Of a stretch of DNA of 64,000 bases, positions 8,267 through 21,433 are shown one piece after another. Positions within the stretch are counted from its first letter, which is position 1. The number at the start of each line of letters is the position of its first letter. The notes below the pieces were generated by a model, which was given only the letters and a program-made list of their open reading frames with translations, ran no database searches and had not been told where the DNA came from. The stretch spans positions 191,853-255,852 of the forward strand of contig NMRA01000500.1 of NCBI GenBank assembly GCA_002633005.1, given 5' to 3'. This DNA comes from Phoronis australis (lineage: Eukaryota; Animalia; Phoronida). A program made the translations under genes and the position numbers.

Positions 8267-10509
8267 AACACAGGGCATTTCTGCTCGTCACCTCGCCGTG
8301 GAACTTGTATCAACATGTAAAACTAATACCGTGCGGGGTGCATGCAAAATCTGGGAATAAACCGACACTCACCTTGCCCATTACAGCCGTTTAAGTGAAA
8401 AACAATCGAATAAACGTCATTTTTTTGCGAAATCCTCCGCCTTTTCTAACGAACAAAAGTTATGTTGTGGTATGGTCGTTTCGAAAACAGTACGCTCGTG
8501 ACACGAGCTACCCTCTGACACAGCACCACCTATACTGCAAAGTGGTAACAGTGCTAACTTTCGTTTAGCACTGTGATAGAGTGTAGACACGAGCACGCGC
8601 CACCTCCTAAATTTTTGCAACATCTCTCGGGAGATAATGATAGCTTGGCAGCAGCAAAATTTATTCTGAATTCTAGAAACTTATAGTGAAGTGAAACCAG
8701 TTCCGAAATTGTCCACAGATTCCAAATCTTCACTTTGGCCACCACCATAATTGCACTTATGTTTACATTTTATGATGTGAGTTCTAATAAAGATTAAATT
8801 TGAACTAATGACGTATAGTTCTGTTTGCTGTGAAATGTTTAGTATAGGTGTAATCTGGAAAGTCCAGGAATGAGTTCATACTTAACTAAATTAATTATGT
8901 TTTGCTGGCTGTGAAAATCTACCATCGTTTTGGTATCTCAAGTTTAAAAATAGAATAAAAAGATATCAACCCCTTTCCAGGTAAGAAAAAAGTAGACGGG
9001 AATATTAAAAATGGAATAACAAAAACCGGTATGAAACATATTTAAAGTCATCTTTCTTTAGACAGTGTCCCATTGCAAAGAAAAATACAAATTAAATTTT
9101 TAGTCTTTTTGTTATATTTAAAATGTACTAAGTTAAAGCTACTGGCAAATGCCATAGAAAACCAATTCGGGGGTAATAACACTCACCATTGTTGAGACAG
9201 TAGTGTTAGCGTTTACATTTCCTCGTCATTAGCTCAGATCTACATCAATACAAAGGCACCATAAAAGTTGTCTAGGGCTATGGGAATCTGAACAGGGATC
9301 AGTGTAAGCATTCTCCACATGTTTATTGCAATATAGCTTGCAAAGCAGTATTAACATTAAACCGCCATTGTTCATGAACACATATTAGGAGCGTGTCCAG
9401 CTATACACGGTTATACTTCCCCTGTTGAAATTATAACACCTTCCGCGATACTTTACCTCAGTTGCACAAGCATCTAGAGACCCCGCCTAGAGATGGAGTT
9501 GTTGATAATTCTGAGCAACTGGGGAAAGTATTAGTAGATAATGTTTCAAATATCTCTTAGCTGTTTCCTTCTACGTTCAACTAGACTTTCTGCAATACGG
9601 GTGACATACCAGTGCCTCGCTCCATATGAATCCTGCCCGATGTCTCGCACTCTTGATGGGCTGAACTAGCGGCTTCACCACGGTTTTTATACACCTTGCA
9701 TGACAGTTCACGATCTTTTCTGGGGCAAAATTCAGAACAAGTTCAACTGCTGAAATCCGCCGAGGTAACTTCTATGAAAAGCATGCCGAAGTACCCAATG
9801 AACTAGCTCTTGCAGTGTTGAGAAGTTACAGATAACGATCACGAGGACATGTTTGTCATTGGCACAAATCCTATTTGTTTTTCTCTTTAATTCCTTTACA
9901 ACATGAATTGGCATTAAGGAAAATTCTTGTTCCACTACCCTCGTGAAGGTTGTTGAGGGCACCTGAGCCAGGGTGCGTGAAACAGTACCAGCAGGGATTC
10001 TACTACATTCCCTAAATTTTCAGCGCATTTGTAAAATTTGCTTACTAAAAAGTACTATCCTACTTTACATGTTACATTTCCTAACAGTATAGTTAAACTA
10101 TAGGCGCTGCATGAAAACATCTCTATTTATTTTCAATTTGTTCTCTGGACAAAACTAAGTTACAATAAAGTATCGGAAAAAGGACAACCAGAGTTTAGGC
10201 CTGCGCAGTGTCCACAACTGCACTAGAAATTTGAGGAACATATCTGAGGCCCCACTGCGGCTGTTTCTTGAAACCGGTCACTGGTCCTTTATGACGCGAT
10301 GTTCACTGAGTAAGGACCGCTAATACCGGCGTAGAACGTTCTCACCCGGATTGATTTGTGGCAAATTATAAGCAGAGCAACATCAGTCCTTGTTATCCCG
10401 ATGTCTGGGTCCATGTCCTTGTTTCGGTCGAATTTCTCATTTGAGACTAGATGATGAATAAAGATCAAGCACAAGTATACTGTTCTCTGGTACTTCATGC
10501 CAATACGAT

Positions 10510-10840
10510 TTATACTCCCAAACTTTGACTTGTCAGCGATGATGCTATTCAGCTTCTCTTTGTACTCATTCTTATTCATTATGACATGCAAAGTGGTCTT
10601 ATCGGACTTCCTAATAACTTCCTGATAACGATGTCATCATTGTCCCTCAGTTGCTTGGCGGCAATACGAAGTTCTTTGGTTAATATTCTTTTGGAATTTC
10701 TTGAATTGGATCTGTTCCTTGTTCCTTCTGCCTTGACTTGGTCTTTAATATTCGTATTAACATTGACAAAGCCATCTCTCTCAAATTTTTCAATATCTTG
10801 GTAAAGTTTTTCAAGTTCAACACGTTTTTTGTGCAAATCA
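10510..10840 (-). pseudogene. Penelope-like element N-terminal domain fragment, inverted relative to the RT part
   Basis: ILTKELRIAAKQLRDNDDIVIRK..(frameshift)..VIMNKNEYKEKLNSIIADKSKF corresponds to the region around the PLE ADK motif that precedes RT. Confidence 0.75.
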
Positions 10841-10844
10841 CATG

Positions 10845-10845
<1 letters not shown>

Positions 10846-10886
<41 letters not shown>

Positions 10887-11100
10887 NNNNNNNNNNNNNN
10901 NNNNNNNNNNNNNNNNNNNNNNNNNNNNNNNNNNNNNNNNNNNNNNNNNNNNNNNNNNNNNNNNNNNNNNNNNNNNNNNNNNNNNNNNNNNNNNNNNNNN
11001 NNNNNNNNNNNNNNNNNNNNNNNNNNNNNNNNNNNNNNNNNNNNNNNNNNNNNNNNNNNNNNNNNNNNNNNNNNNNNNNNNNNNNNNNNNNTGTGTGTGT
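10846..11100. repeat. (TA)n and (TG)n microsatellites flanking assembly gap 10887-11091
   Basis: Seen directly. Confidence 0.95.
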
Positions 11101-11298
11101 GGGATTTGCACAAAAAACGGTGAGTTGCAGTGACCGGTTTCAAGAAACAGCCGCAGTGGGGCCTCAGATATGCTCCTCAAATTTATAGTGCAGTTGTGGA
11201 CACTGCGTAGGCCTAAACGTCCTTTTTCCTATCCTGCATCTCTTGACGTTGAAAATTTATTTACTAAGGTCCCTGTTGTTGCAACTGGAGAAATAATA

Positions 11299-11970
11299 TT
11301 ATACCACAAGATTAACGTCAAATGGCAGATACAACCGTGTAATAACCCATAAAGTTATCTCACTAGTGAGATAACTATTTGGCGGGAAACCGAGGACGGA
11401 GTCGAACCCGGGACCCTGGAATTGCTGGTCGCCGACTTTACCACTACACCATGCAGCGACTGACGTCATCAAGAGTGAAAATAGAATACTTAAATGAGCA
11501 CGCGCAATAATCGCATGTTCAACAAACCGTATTGTACTGTACTTATACGCTACGAAAAATTAGACACATAATTTCCATAAAAATGATATCTTAATTCAGT
11601 GAAATTTTTCTCTCATGCCTCTTACTTGTAAATCACCGATCTCCAGTTTGAATGCAGGTATCGTGTCGTCAGCCGGAGGATCTTTGACTTGAGAATTATA
11701 TTCAGTTACCAGTGGTAACCTACTTTAGCAGACGTTTTCCCGGTCGAAGCTTAGCGTGAAAAAACGTGTTTTAAGCAATAATAGTCGGTAAACCTTAATT
11801 TATAAATTCAATTTATTTCTATTATATTTAAGTTTTCAATTGGTTTTGAGTAAAAGGGAGGATTTTGGAGAATTATCGCCCTCGGGGCTTACGCCCCTCG
11901 GGCGATAATTCTCCAAAATCCACTCGGGCTCTAGATAACGGGGGATAACGACTTCGCCATGTAATAATTT
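11299..11970. mobile_element. Non-autonomous element with internal tRNA-like module and palindromes, inserted in the Penelope RT
   Basis: Splits the RT frame (…GEIIL | SSMY…). Second copy at 19054-21139. Perfect palindrome GTTATCTCACTAGTGAGATAAC (11354-11375) and a long hairpin (11860-11921). Confidence 0.75.
11387..11458 (-). pseudogene. tRNA-derived (pseudo-tRNA) module with Pol III A and B boxes
   Basis: The - strand has TGGTGTAGTGG...GGTTCGACTCC at tRNA spacing, but acceptor and anticodon stems pair poorly. Second copy at about 19143-19216. Confidence 0.65.
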
Positions 11971-14900
11971 ATATTTATCTTCTATGTATCAGGTATCAAT
12001 GGCTCGTCCCAGTATTCCTAAGGAGGTAATTCGACATTTGTTGTTAATTGCACTACAAAAGTACCTTTTAGGAACTGTATTTACAAACCAATGGTATATC
12101 CATGGGATCACCTCTCGTACCGACTTTTGCTGATTTTCACATGTGCAACATTGAAACTAAGGTTATTGATAGTCTTCAAGGAAAGCCGAACATGTACTGC
12201 AGGTATGTTGATGATATGTTTATGATTGTCAACCATGATAAGCTTATGAAGATCAAACTCTCTTTAGAGCAAAATTCTGTATTAAAATTCACGCATGAAT
12301 TACAGTTAAAACAAGCTACCGTTCTTAGACGTACTTATTGATTATGATGAATTTGGCATTGAAACCTCAGTATACAGGAAACTACATATGATGGGGTTTG
12401 TTTACATGAAACTAGCCAATGTCCTCTGATATATGAATTCTCTGTTTTGACAAGCTTTTTGAAAAGAGCATATTCCGTTTGCTCAGACTGGAAAACCTTC
12501 AACTCTGAGTGTAATCGCATTATGCAAATTATGATAAATAACGGTTACAGTAATAAGTTTGTTGATGAGAATATGAAGCTTTTCATAAGCCGCTTGCATA
12601 GGCCTGTGTGTTTAAAACAACCAAGTGGTTGTACTAAGAAACTATTCTACTGCAACCAATTCCATTCACGTTATATTGAAGATGAACGAGTTTTAAAACG
12701 GATCGTCTATAATAATGTTAAGACCGTTAAGCCAGAAGATAGTTTTAAGTTATTTATATATTACCAAAACCATAAAACTAAAGATCTTGTTGTTAAAAAC
12801 AATATGTGCTCAAAGTCGGTCGAGTGTTAGCCAAAACTGACTTGATTTATCAGTTCAATTGCCCCCACAACAAATGTATTCGTTCAAACACTGATTGCTC
12901 AAGGTATGTTGGTTATACAACTTGCACTTCATCTCGCCGGTTATCTATGCATTTACAAAATGGATCAATTAAAGATCACTTCCAAACACTCCACAAACAG
13001 AAAATTTCTCGTTCAGATATTGTTGACAGTACCATTGTCCGGCATTTCGAACGTGACTCCTTTCGTTTGAAACCATCATCCACAGATTCTGCATCAGGCA
13101 TTGTGACATTGGCTTCAAGAATGTCAGTGAGCCATGATTTTAGGCGAACACGTCGTGACTGAGGCTGTTGGCAATGGTCCGATTTTCGTGACAGAAAATG
13201 CCATGTTGATCGCATTGGCTATCCTGGCATGGTATAAATAGAATGTCTTCTGTTCTACTGAGTGATAATTCCTTGCATTCCAACCCAATGAGATAAATAT
13301 AGAAGATATAGCTCATTGTTCCAACCTAGTTAGTGTTCCAACCTAGTTAGACCATGGACCAGGCGAAAAAGCTTTTCTGCTCTCACGACGATGAAGAGGT
13401 GTACATGTGAATATCTTCTATTCTGACGAGTATGCATAAATATTAACTCTCACGTGATTGTATTTATTCAAGTTATTCCACATTACAAGTGATCAAGGCT
13501 CACACGCTATAGTCTAGCAGGTTGAACTCAATAATTATAGCTTTGGTAAAGCGAAAAACTACAAAAATGTCAAATGTTTCACATCATTTCAAAATAAATA
13601 GGTAAAAACTGCATTTTAAGGACTTGTGTGCTATTCGATGTCTTTCATGCCATCACTAGGAAGCACACCCTCTAGTATAATACAACACTTATTTTATGGA
13701 ATATTATTCCAAGCAAGAAAGGTACCGCAGGCCATGCAAGATGGTGCAGATTAAGGCAGGAGAGAAGTAGTAATGAGAATGCCCGTGAAAACCATGTAAA
13801 ATCCAATATATGACCGAAGTCAAGCACATCCCTGCATCAGCTACGATTTTGATACACGACTTCTCTGAAAAAAAAGATTATTCACAATTGTGGCTTACAG
13901 AATATGATACAAGAAGAATTGTGATAAACAGTTTTAAAAACAATAGTAGGCTAAGTGATTAACCACAACATAAGGTGCCCTTCTAAGCTTAACCATGGGG
14001 AACATCATTGGCAGTTGGCAGAGCAGTTTTTCAGTGGATGGAATGGTACTTGAAACCAGGGTCCAGTTTTATCAAAGGTTGCAAGTCTGGTTAAGACCGA
14101 TGGCGAAAATTCAGAAAAAAAACGTTTCAAGAACTTTAAGACTGTCTTTGGTCGTCGGTTTTAGACTTAGACAGAAATGACCCAAGTGGGTTACGCTTTC
14201 GCCTGGACACAACACTGAACGAGGCGATGACTGAAATACTGTTTCAAGAATAATCTTGGCTTCGAAACTCTAAATGGTTATTTTTTACACCATTTTTATG
14301 TGGAAATACCCTGGAAGGACTGGAAAATGTCATTTCAGATGTGCAGGTAATACAATGTCTCTACACCCGGTGGTTTGCCTGTTCTCGAACCGAAATAAAA
14401 CGTGAATGGGCATTAGGTTGCAAAAGATTGCTAAAAATATCAACGAAATTTGTTCCTCGACGGTTTACAGTGATGATCGTTCAGTCTTTTAAAAGCCTAC
14501 ACCGACCAAATTTGAGGTCTACTTTCAGTCTAATCTTAGACCGATTTCGGTCGAAATTAAAGTGCCCAAAACCACCTTGTCACCTCGCCTTTGGCAGGCG
14601 ACAATATGTGTCGAGTGCAACAACATATGACACAATACACCTCTTGGTTTATAACTGACATGGGTTAAATTCCCCCACCTGGAAACAATCTGATTGAGAC
14701 TCCAGCATTCAGTGGCAGATCAAGACCAGCATGTCAAACCACGGTACAAACGAAATGGAGCGAAATCGCACGGAACGCTTCTCCTGTGCGGTGTATATTG
14801 AAGATGCAAAGTCCTTACCTCGACAATGCCACCGTCTCAAGTGGTGGATTTAAAATTCTCTGAGATTCCATTTGGCAGTACGGGGGTGCGAATCGTGCAA

Positions 14901-15369
14901 CCAGCTTTCATATTGAAGGTCACTTCCTGCATCGTTTTGTGACAACATGATGGTGGAGTGAACTGTCACTCGTTTTTTAAGCTTAATGATGTTTAACCTT
15001 TCATCTTAAGGTGTCCCATTTCAGACGGGACCCTCTCTCGGTGAAGCAGTTCGGGGAAATGTCCCTTTGTCCCTCTATACATGTAAATCCAACACTGCCA
15101 AGTATTCACAAGGGAATTTGAAGTTTCATATTCATCAAAAAATACAAAACATTCGTACCCAGCACACCAGTATCAAGACATTTGACCCAAACAACCAAAA
15201 ATGTGAACAAAATAAAAAAGGATTGACCGCCATCGCAATGGTGGAATTTTGAAGAACGCGAAGACCACTATGTCAGAATTACACAAAAGGACTATTTCCG
15301 ATGGTTAGTTATGAATGTTACAGTTTCCCATAGTATCACAAGAATAGTATCTCTTTTGAAGATGGTTAC

Positions 15370-15630
15370 CATGCGCACACCCAGGCCTAAAATATAGGGG
15401 GATCGAATTTTTGAGAATGTAGACCTTTTACTAAAAAACGGGTACTAAGAAAAATAAACGGGGTACAACGATCAGAGCTATGAATTGAACATTCCCGCCG
15501 AATTCCTGCCTTTTCGCCTTTTTAGTGGACTTTTATCTCGTTTTTCTCGGACTTTTTTCTCTGAGGCGGACCTTTGTTGCCCACTTCGCCAAATGGGGGG
15601 AGTGGCTCGTGCGCGCCCCCCTGTGAGCAT
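15370..15630. mobile_element. Probable hAT-type MITE
   Basis: CATGCGCACA...TGTGAGCATG inverted ends, G/C-rich subtermini, ATGGTTAC repeated at both borders. Confidence 0.45.
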
Positions 15631-18507
15631 GGTTACTACGATTTGTTTGTAAGGAATTTCCTGATGTGGAAAACACTACTGTCTATGCTATTATTTCTGA
15701 TGACAGCGTAAATGTCGAAAGGAGGTACTTAAAAAACTCCCACAATCATAAACAATGATTTCAGCGTTCAGCGTTTTTGTCAGTGGAGTTCAAATTTACC
15801 TAGTGAACAGTTATAGTTACATGTACCTCTGAAATGAGCAAAATATACTTTAATACGAATCCCCCATCTCCCATGCTCCCCCGGTTACCCGCCAAAATCT
15901 GAGAGCTTGCCTGCGGAAATTGCTTACAACATTTCGTTGTGATAAACCAATTCGTTGGTTTCTATTTTACTTGTTTATGTATCTACGAAAATCGATAGAT
16001 TCACAGATGATTTTTGACAATTAGAATCTAATCTTCTAAGAAATGAAGATATTTCAGTGAATTTAATTGCAGCCTGAAGTTGGAAAAACTCTGCAGTCCG
16101 ATCCCCAAATAGTAAAGTACACTTGGAAGATTTTTGCCTATCTAAAATTACTCTTAAAGACATTGATGGAATTCAGACTCACAAACCGTAGATCGAAAAA
16201 AGTTTTAAAAGTCCTTAAATAAATAAAATTAAACTCATTGCTTGGAAAGGTTGTATTTGTACTTTCTTGGTGTTTTAATTTTCTGCTAGTTCTTCAAAAC
16301 TGAATTCTTTGCTTGCCTGATTCCCGAGCACGTCATGACTGACGCACCCACGTTAAAAATAAGATATAACCGTGCAGTAGGTCCGCGCAGGATCACAGGG
16401 ATCCACGGAAACTGAAGTTCAGGCGTTGAAGTGTGTACATTTTTGGGAAACGCTCTGTATCTTTTTCCCCAACAACCAGAAACTGGAATGCCGGTCGTGT
16501 TTCAACGACAAATTTTGAAACAGCTCCAAAGGCACTATACCAGGGACCTCAGTACCTCACCTTTTTAAAAACCTCCTTCAAAGAATGACCATAATAAAAT
16601 AAAGTTTTCCCTTTGCTGGATCACAATAAAATGAATCTTGACCTTAGAGCCATTGTGGACGGCCGGCATGACTAAACTGACCAGCAACTAGCTTTAGTTC
16701 ATCGGGAATTTAGTATTTTAACACTGTTAGATCTCAGCTATAGCTACCTGAGGCAGGTCTTCGCTACCGGTTGTTTTACTGGTCCTAGGCTTATTCTTAC
16801 TTTCCATGTTGGTTCACGGTTACTCAACTCTTGATGGCTGCATCCCCGGGATTGTCCCCTACCTAGGGCGAGCGTGGGAGATTCGGTACGAATATGGTGG
16901 CATCGGGAGCACGGGGGTGGTGGAGTTGGTGGCGATGGGGTGGGGGGGGGGGCTGGAGTAGCTTGGCGAAGTCGAAATAATTTGTGCCCCCAATAATTTT
17001 TTCCTGAATTATGTTAGGGATAATTAGCCTAAGCCAGTAGAGACGGTGGCACTGTCTAGTCCTTGCCATGCAAACTCGCCGGTGATTCATTTCTTATTTT
17101 CATTCTGGCTAAAAGCGACACGCGTTTCTAAATATAACGATTACCTTCGGCTCCAAGGAGTATTATGCTGGCTAGGAATTCTATAAATGCGATCGCCCAT
17201 CTTGGCTTCCACTCTCCATCGTCCAAGTCATGGGAACCGTAACGGCCACGTACGAAGTCTGCAAAAACTTTTTTCTGAAACAATATTTAGTTACTGGATA
17301 CTACCACCTATGAAACAGAACAAATATGAAAACTATGCAACATGTGTTCAAAATAACATTGTCTCTTTTATTATTATTTTCCAGAATCCACTTTCTTTAG
17401 TAACATAACAATCGTAAATATGTGTTCCAATATGGAAATTCCTACACTGTTGAGCCATCCACAGTACATTTCAAAGTTACATGATAGATGTTTGCTCATT
17501 TTTATCCATCCGAAAGCCTTTATCTACAAATATGATAACAATACTTGGAATAGTTTATCGCATTTTTTCGTAAATGTCACTGCATTCTGAATTTTTAGCA
17601 CAGAATTCAATTGCATCAAACGGCACCAAAAGTTCAGTTAATTATAATATATAAAGATGTATAATTCTGTATGAATGCCTGACTAAATTACCTACAGCAA
17701 GTGTGAAGGATCCATATTATAAAACCTTTGTCTTTATGGATTAGAAATCTTTTGAAACATTGAAATTAAATTATTTCCCTGATAGCTTAATTAGTCTTCT
17801 ATAAAAGCTCTCTGGTTACTGTTACATGCTGTTATTTTTCGCATTTGGTGACACTCTTGGTTTTTAGAATTATAATATATATTTTCAAATTATTCAGGTA
17901 AGCGAAATGATAATTACTTATGAATTATCTTTTGCTTCTGGTATAATCATCAAGAACTGACAAATGACTTTCTAATGATATTGCTCTTATGCAATTCGGT
18001 TCGAAAACGGTAGAGTTGCGAAAAGTTTTACTGACAGTAAATTCCATAGCAAGTGAGGACCACAGTTCCAGTGGCTGAGTTTGACCTAATCACTGGCTTG
18101 GGTGAATCAAAGCCCTTGGTGGCACAACTGTCAAGGACTCCTGAAAAGCAGGCATAACTGACAGTAAGTACAATCAAAAATGAAAAAATTCAACAAGGAC
18201 ATATCTTTTTACCTTGCTACATCCACCGGAGAAAAAATTCAAGATGGCAAAAAATATCAAAAAAGTGTAATTATATCCGGCAATTTTATCAAAAATTACA
18301 ACTTCACGACCGCCTCGGTGCAAGAAAGGAGAACATTAAACAATTGCTCTTTTATTCTAGATTCCAGAAATTTAGGTTAAAATGTGTCATTACCAACCAG
18401 ATTTTTGACAATTTCCACTTGTCAAAACGCTACCTAGATTCGCGCGAAGAATTCAACACTAAACAAGTATGTGCTCTCAAAATGGCGGCACTTCCGCATC
18501 CTAGTAG

Positions 18508-18718
18508 ACAGGTGGTCTGATACACGTTGTACCAGACGTGCGCAGGCCTCGCATGTGGGCCCATTGCTCCGATCACCTGGAAATATTTTATGCTTTATTA
18601 ATATATGGTTAAAACCGAGCTGGCTCAAGGGTTTAGCAGTGTGACCTGGTGGGACTCGAACCCACGACCTCTAGTAAAGAAAGCGGGCACTTATCAACCA
18701 AGCCACACTGCCTCCTCT
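18508..18718 (-). mobile_element. tRNA-derived SINE, copy 1
   Basis: The - strand head GGCAGTGTGGCTTGGTTG...GGTTCGAGTCCC has A and B boxes; body shared with 28838-29065. Confidence 0.75.
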
Positions 18719-19053
18719 CCTAGTAGACAAGAGCGCATGCCAAATTTCAGGACTCAATTTACTCAAAACAACTTCAAGGAACGACTGAATACCATCCATG
18801 GCAATCACGCCCCCTTTAGTCCACAATACTGCCATGAAACCCGACCCACCCCATTTTCTTTATTTTGGTGAAGCTACAAGAGTCTGTACCACAATGCCAA
18901 AACGTTGAATCGTCGAAATCCCGGTCGCTCCTCACTATCAAAAGACAAAACGTCCAACTATCCTCAGGGTGAAAGAAATTCAGTTGATATCCGCACGCTT
19001 ATTTCCCCATTTATAGCGAAATATTTTCACTGCTGATTTTCAAATAATTATCA

Positions 19054-21139
19054 TTATACCACAATATTAGCGTCAAATGGCAGATACAACCGTGTAATAA
19101 CCCATAAAGTTATCTCACTAGTGAGATAACGATTTGGCGGGAAACCGAGGACGGAGTCGAACCCGGGAGCCTGAAATTGCTGGTCACCGACTTTACCACT
19201 ACACCATGCAGCGGCTGACGTCATCAAGAGTGAAAATAGAATACTTAAAGGAGCATGCCACCCAAAAAACAACCTAATTTGTATCAATTTAGATCGAGTA
19301 GTTCTATTCCATAACGACACGTACGGTTGCGTTACCTGACACCTGACGGCAGACGGAGGTGTTGAAATTATCCAATGACGTCATCGGTTTTACACGCAGT
19401 CTGTTCAGCAGTTCACAACACGGGTTACTGGTGTCAGCTTATCGCTTGAAGTCATCGTTTAACACCAATAAATCATCAAACTTCGATGTAAAACTCTTAA
19501 AAATACACCGAGTTCTTATGATGTTGTTTTATTTCGCTCTTACGGATTTATTGGTATTTGGACACACCGTAGCTTACAAAGTTCGGCAATAACGTCCGTA
19601 GCAGGAGTTTGGGTTCTGTTCAGAGATAATTTCGAAGTATTTTCCGTGAGATACAGACACGACAACATAGATCTGTGTTGTTTAGACTTGTGATTTTTTG
19701 AGTTCTAAACACAAAACGCTTGTTATCCTGGCCAGTGGCTCTCGGAACCCGATCAGGTCCGTCGCGGCCGGCCGCCGTTGACTCGTCCTGATCCCATGCG
19801 GGCCAGTGGCTCGGAAGCTGATCAGACGTCACGAACATAAACCAGCCAAAGTTCAGTGGAAACTAAACTTCCAGTGAAGAAAATACTATACTAGTGAGCC
19901 AAAGTAATGTGCACGTGATTATGTTGGTGAATTACCACGAAACTGCAAATCTACTTACTCGTCGGGGGCCGCGAACTGAATTCAGGTTCCGGCGCTTTGG
20001 CCACAGCACCCTCAGGGCACTGAGAAGTCGTGCATTGACAATCATTATTTGAGTATTGTAAATATAAATACTAAGATTCCCCTAACACCTGGCCGTGGGA
20101 TGGAAATCGAGTTGTTTCACAACAGTTTCTGTCAGCAAACACTATGAGCTCACACGGCCTCGGTGTCCCGTCAATTAGTTTTATTGCACCTAAAGCCGGT
20201 AACGCAGTGATTTATTCGTTGCTGGCTTCTCAAATCATTTGCACTCACGAACACTCCAAAGGCATTACAAATTGTATCTAATGAGACAGACTTTGTTTCA
20301 GTTTTATATAAGTATTGGTTAGGGTGAGAATAATTCATTTTGAAAAAGAACGTTCAGTAATAAACGCCAACATGGCAACTCGCAATCCCGACTTAGGACG
20401 AGCTAGAGCTCATCAGTCCCGACTTCGTAGGTGGATCGTTAAGTTTTACAGGCTATCAATTCGAACAAGAATACAGTGAGTGAAGAAATACTAGAGAACA
20501 AGCTCAGACAACGGAACGTATGGAGTTATTTGGTAAGCCGGCATTCGTCAGGCACTGTCGACGTCTGCAGGCCACAGATACGGAGATGTTTCACGGCCTC
20601 ATACTTGCTATTTACAGCGTACATTTCATTCTTCACTACCATGAGCCACTTCCTAAGCATTTCGGACTCTCGAGAAAGTAAAAAAACGATATACCCGCTT
20701 TCCTCGCAGCTGCTTAGTTCGGACAAGCGGGAACGATGCACCGCAACATAGCGACATTCACTCTGCATATGAACCATTGACGTCCCTAGCGTCGTTTCTC
20801 ACCTTCCTCACTGGTTAACGCGACACCTCTTGGCAAGGTAAGGTCGACCGTATGCGAGATGTGGATATAGACCGATTAAGACGGCAAAAAAGACTAATTA
20901 AATCGGGTGGCATTCTCCTTTAAATGAGCACGCGCAATAATCGCACGTTCAACAAACCGCATTGTACTGTGCTTATACGTTACGAAAAATAAGACACATA
21001 ATTTCCATAAAAATGATATCTTAATTCAGTGAAAATTTTCTCTCATGTCCTCTTACTTGTAAATCACCGATCTACAGTTTGAATGCGGGTATCGTGTCGT
21101 CAGGATCTTTGACTTGAGAATTATATTCAGTTACCAGTG
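19054..21139. mobile_element. Second, truncated copy of the tRNA-module element, split by a Kolobok-like insertion
   Basis: 19054-19248 plus 20920-21139 together match 11299-~11715. Confidence 0.8.
19249..20919 (-). mobile_element. Non-autonomous Kolobok-like DNA transposon with THAP remnant, copy 1
   Basis: TIR AGGAG(C/A)ATGCCACCC / GGGTGGCATTCTCCT with TTAA on both sides. The paralogous empty site near 11490 has a single TTAA. THAP-like text MLRKWL.VVKNE.Y.VN..YEAVKHLRICG at 20545-20757. Confidence 0.85.
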
Positions 21140-21433
21140 TCTCATGAGTAAAAATTATAACTTGGTGTTAAACGCACGTGGCCAGGAAGCGCGCGCTACA
21201 TACATGAACCTGTCATCAAAGACATTAGTCGGGAACTATCCATTCATGAAACGGGTAGCATAGCATCGATAAGAAATGAATATTGGCACTAATTTCCGAC
21301 AATTTCTAATACTATAAAACATGTTTGCGTTATTTTTGAGATGGATTGTTTGATTAACCATAATTGGCGTTTTTGAGCCGAATATCCGATAAAATGACAA
21401 CTGACAGTGAATGCTTACACACCCTTACACCGA

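Larger units (their letters stand above)
11220..13070 (+). mobile_element. Penelope-like retroelement, RT plus GIY-YIG endonuclease, degenerate (possibly Naiad/Chlamys clade)
   Basis: SLDVENLFTKVPV, GISMGSPL, YCRYVDD, LKFTHE, RAYSVCSDW..F..EC, NNGYS; then LIYQFNCPHNKC...YVGYT...RRLSMHLQNGSIKDH. Several frameshifts; interrupted by a ~670 bp insertion at 11299-11970. Confidence 0.9.

Noticed and set aside
9185-9990. Exon-like minus-strand segments with splice-like borders
   Set aside because: Stops in the frames I checked and no recognisable protein.
11387-11458. Functional tRNA genes here and at 18650-18718, 19143-19216, 28995-29065
   Set aside because: Stems pair poorly and each sits in a dispersed repeat; treated as tRNA-derived modules.
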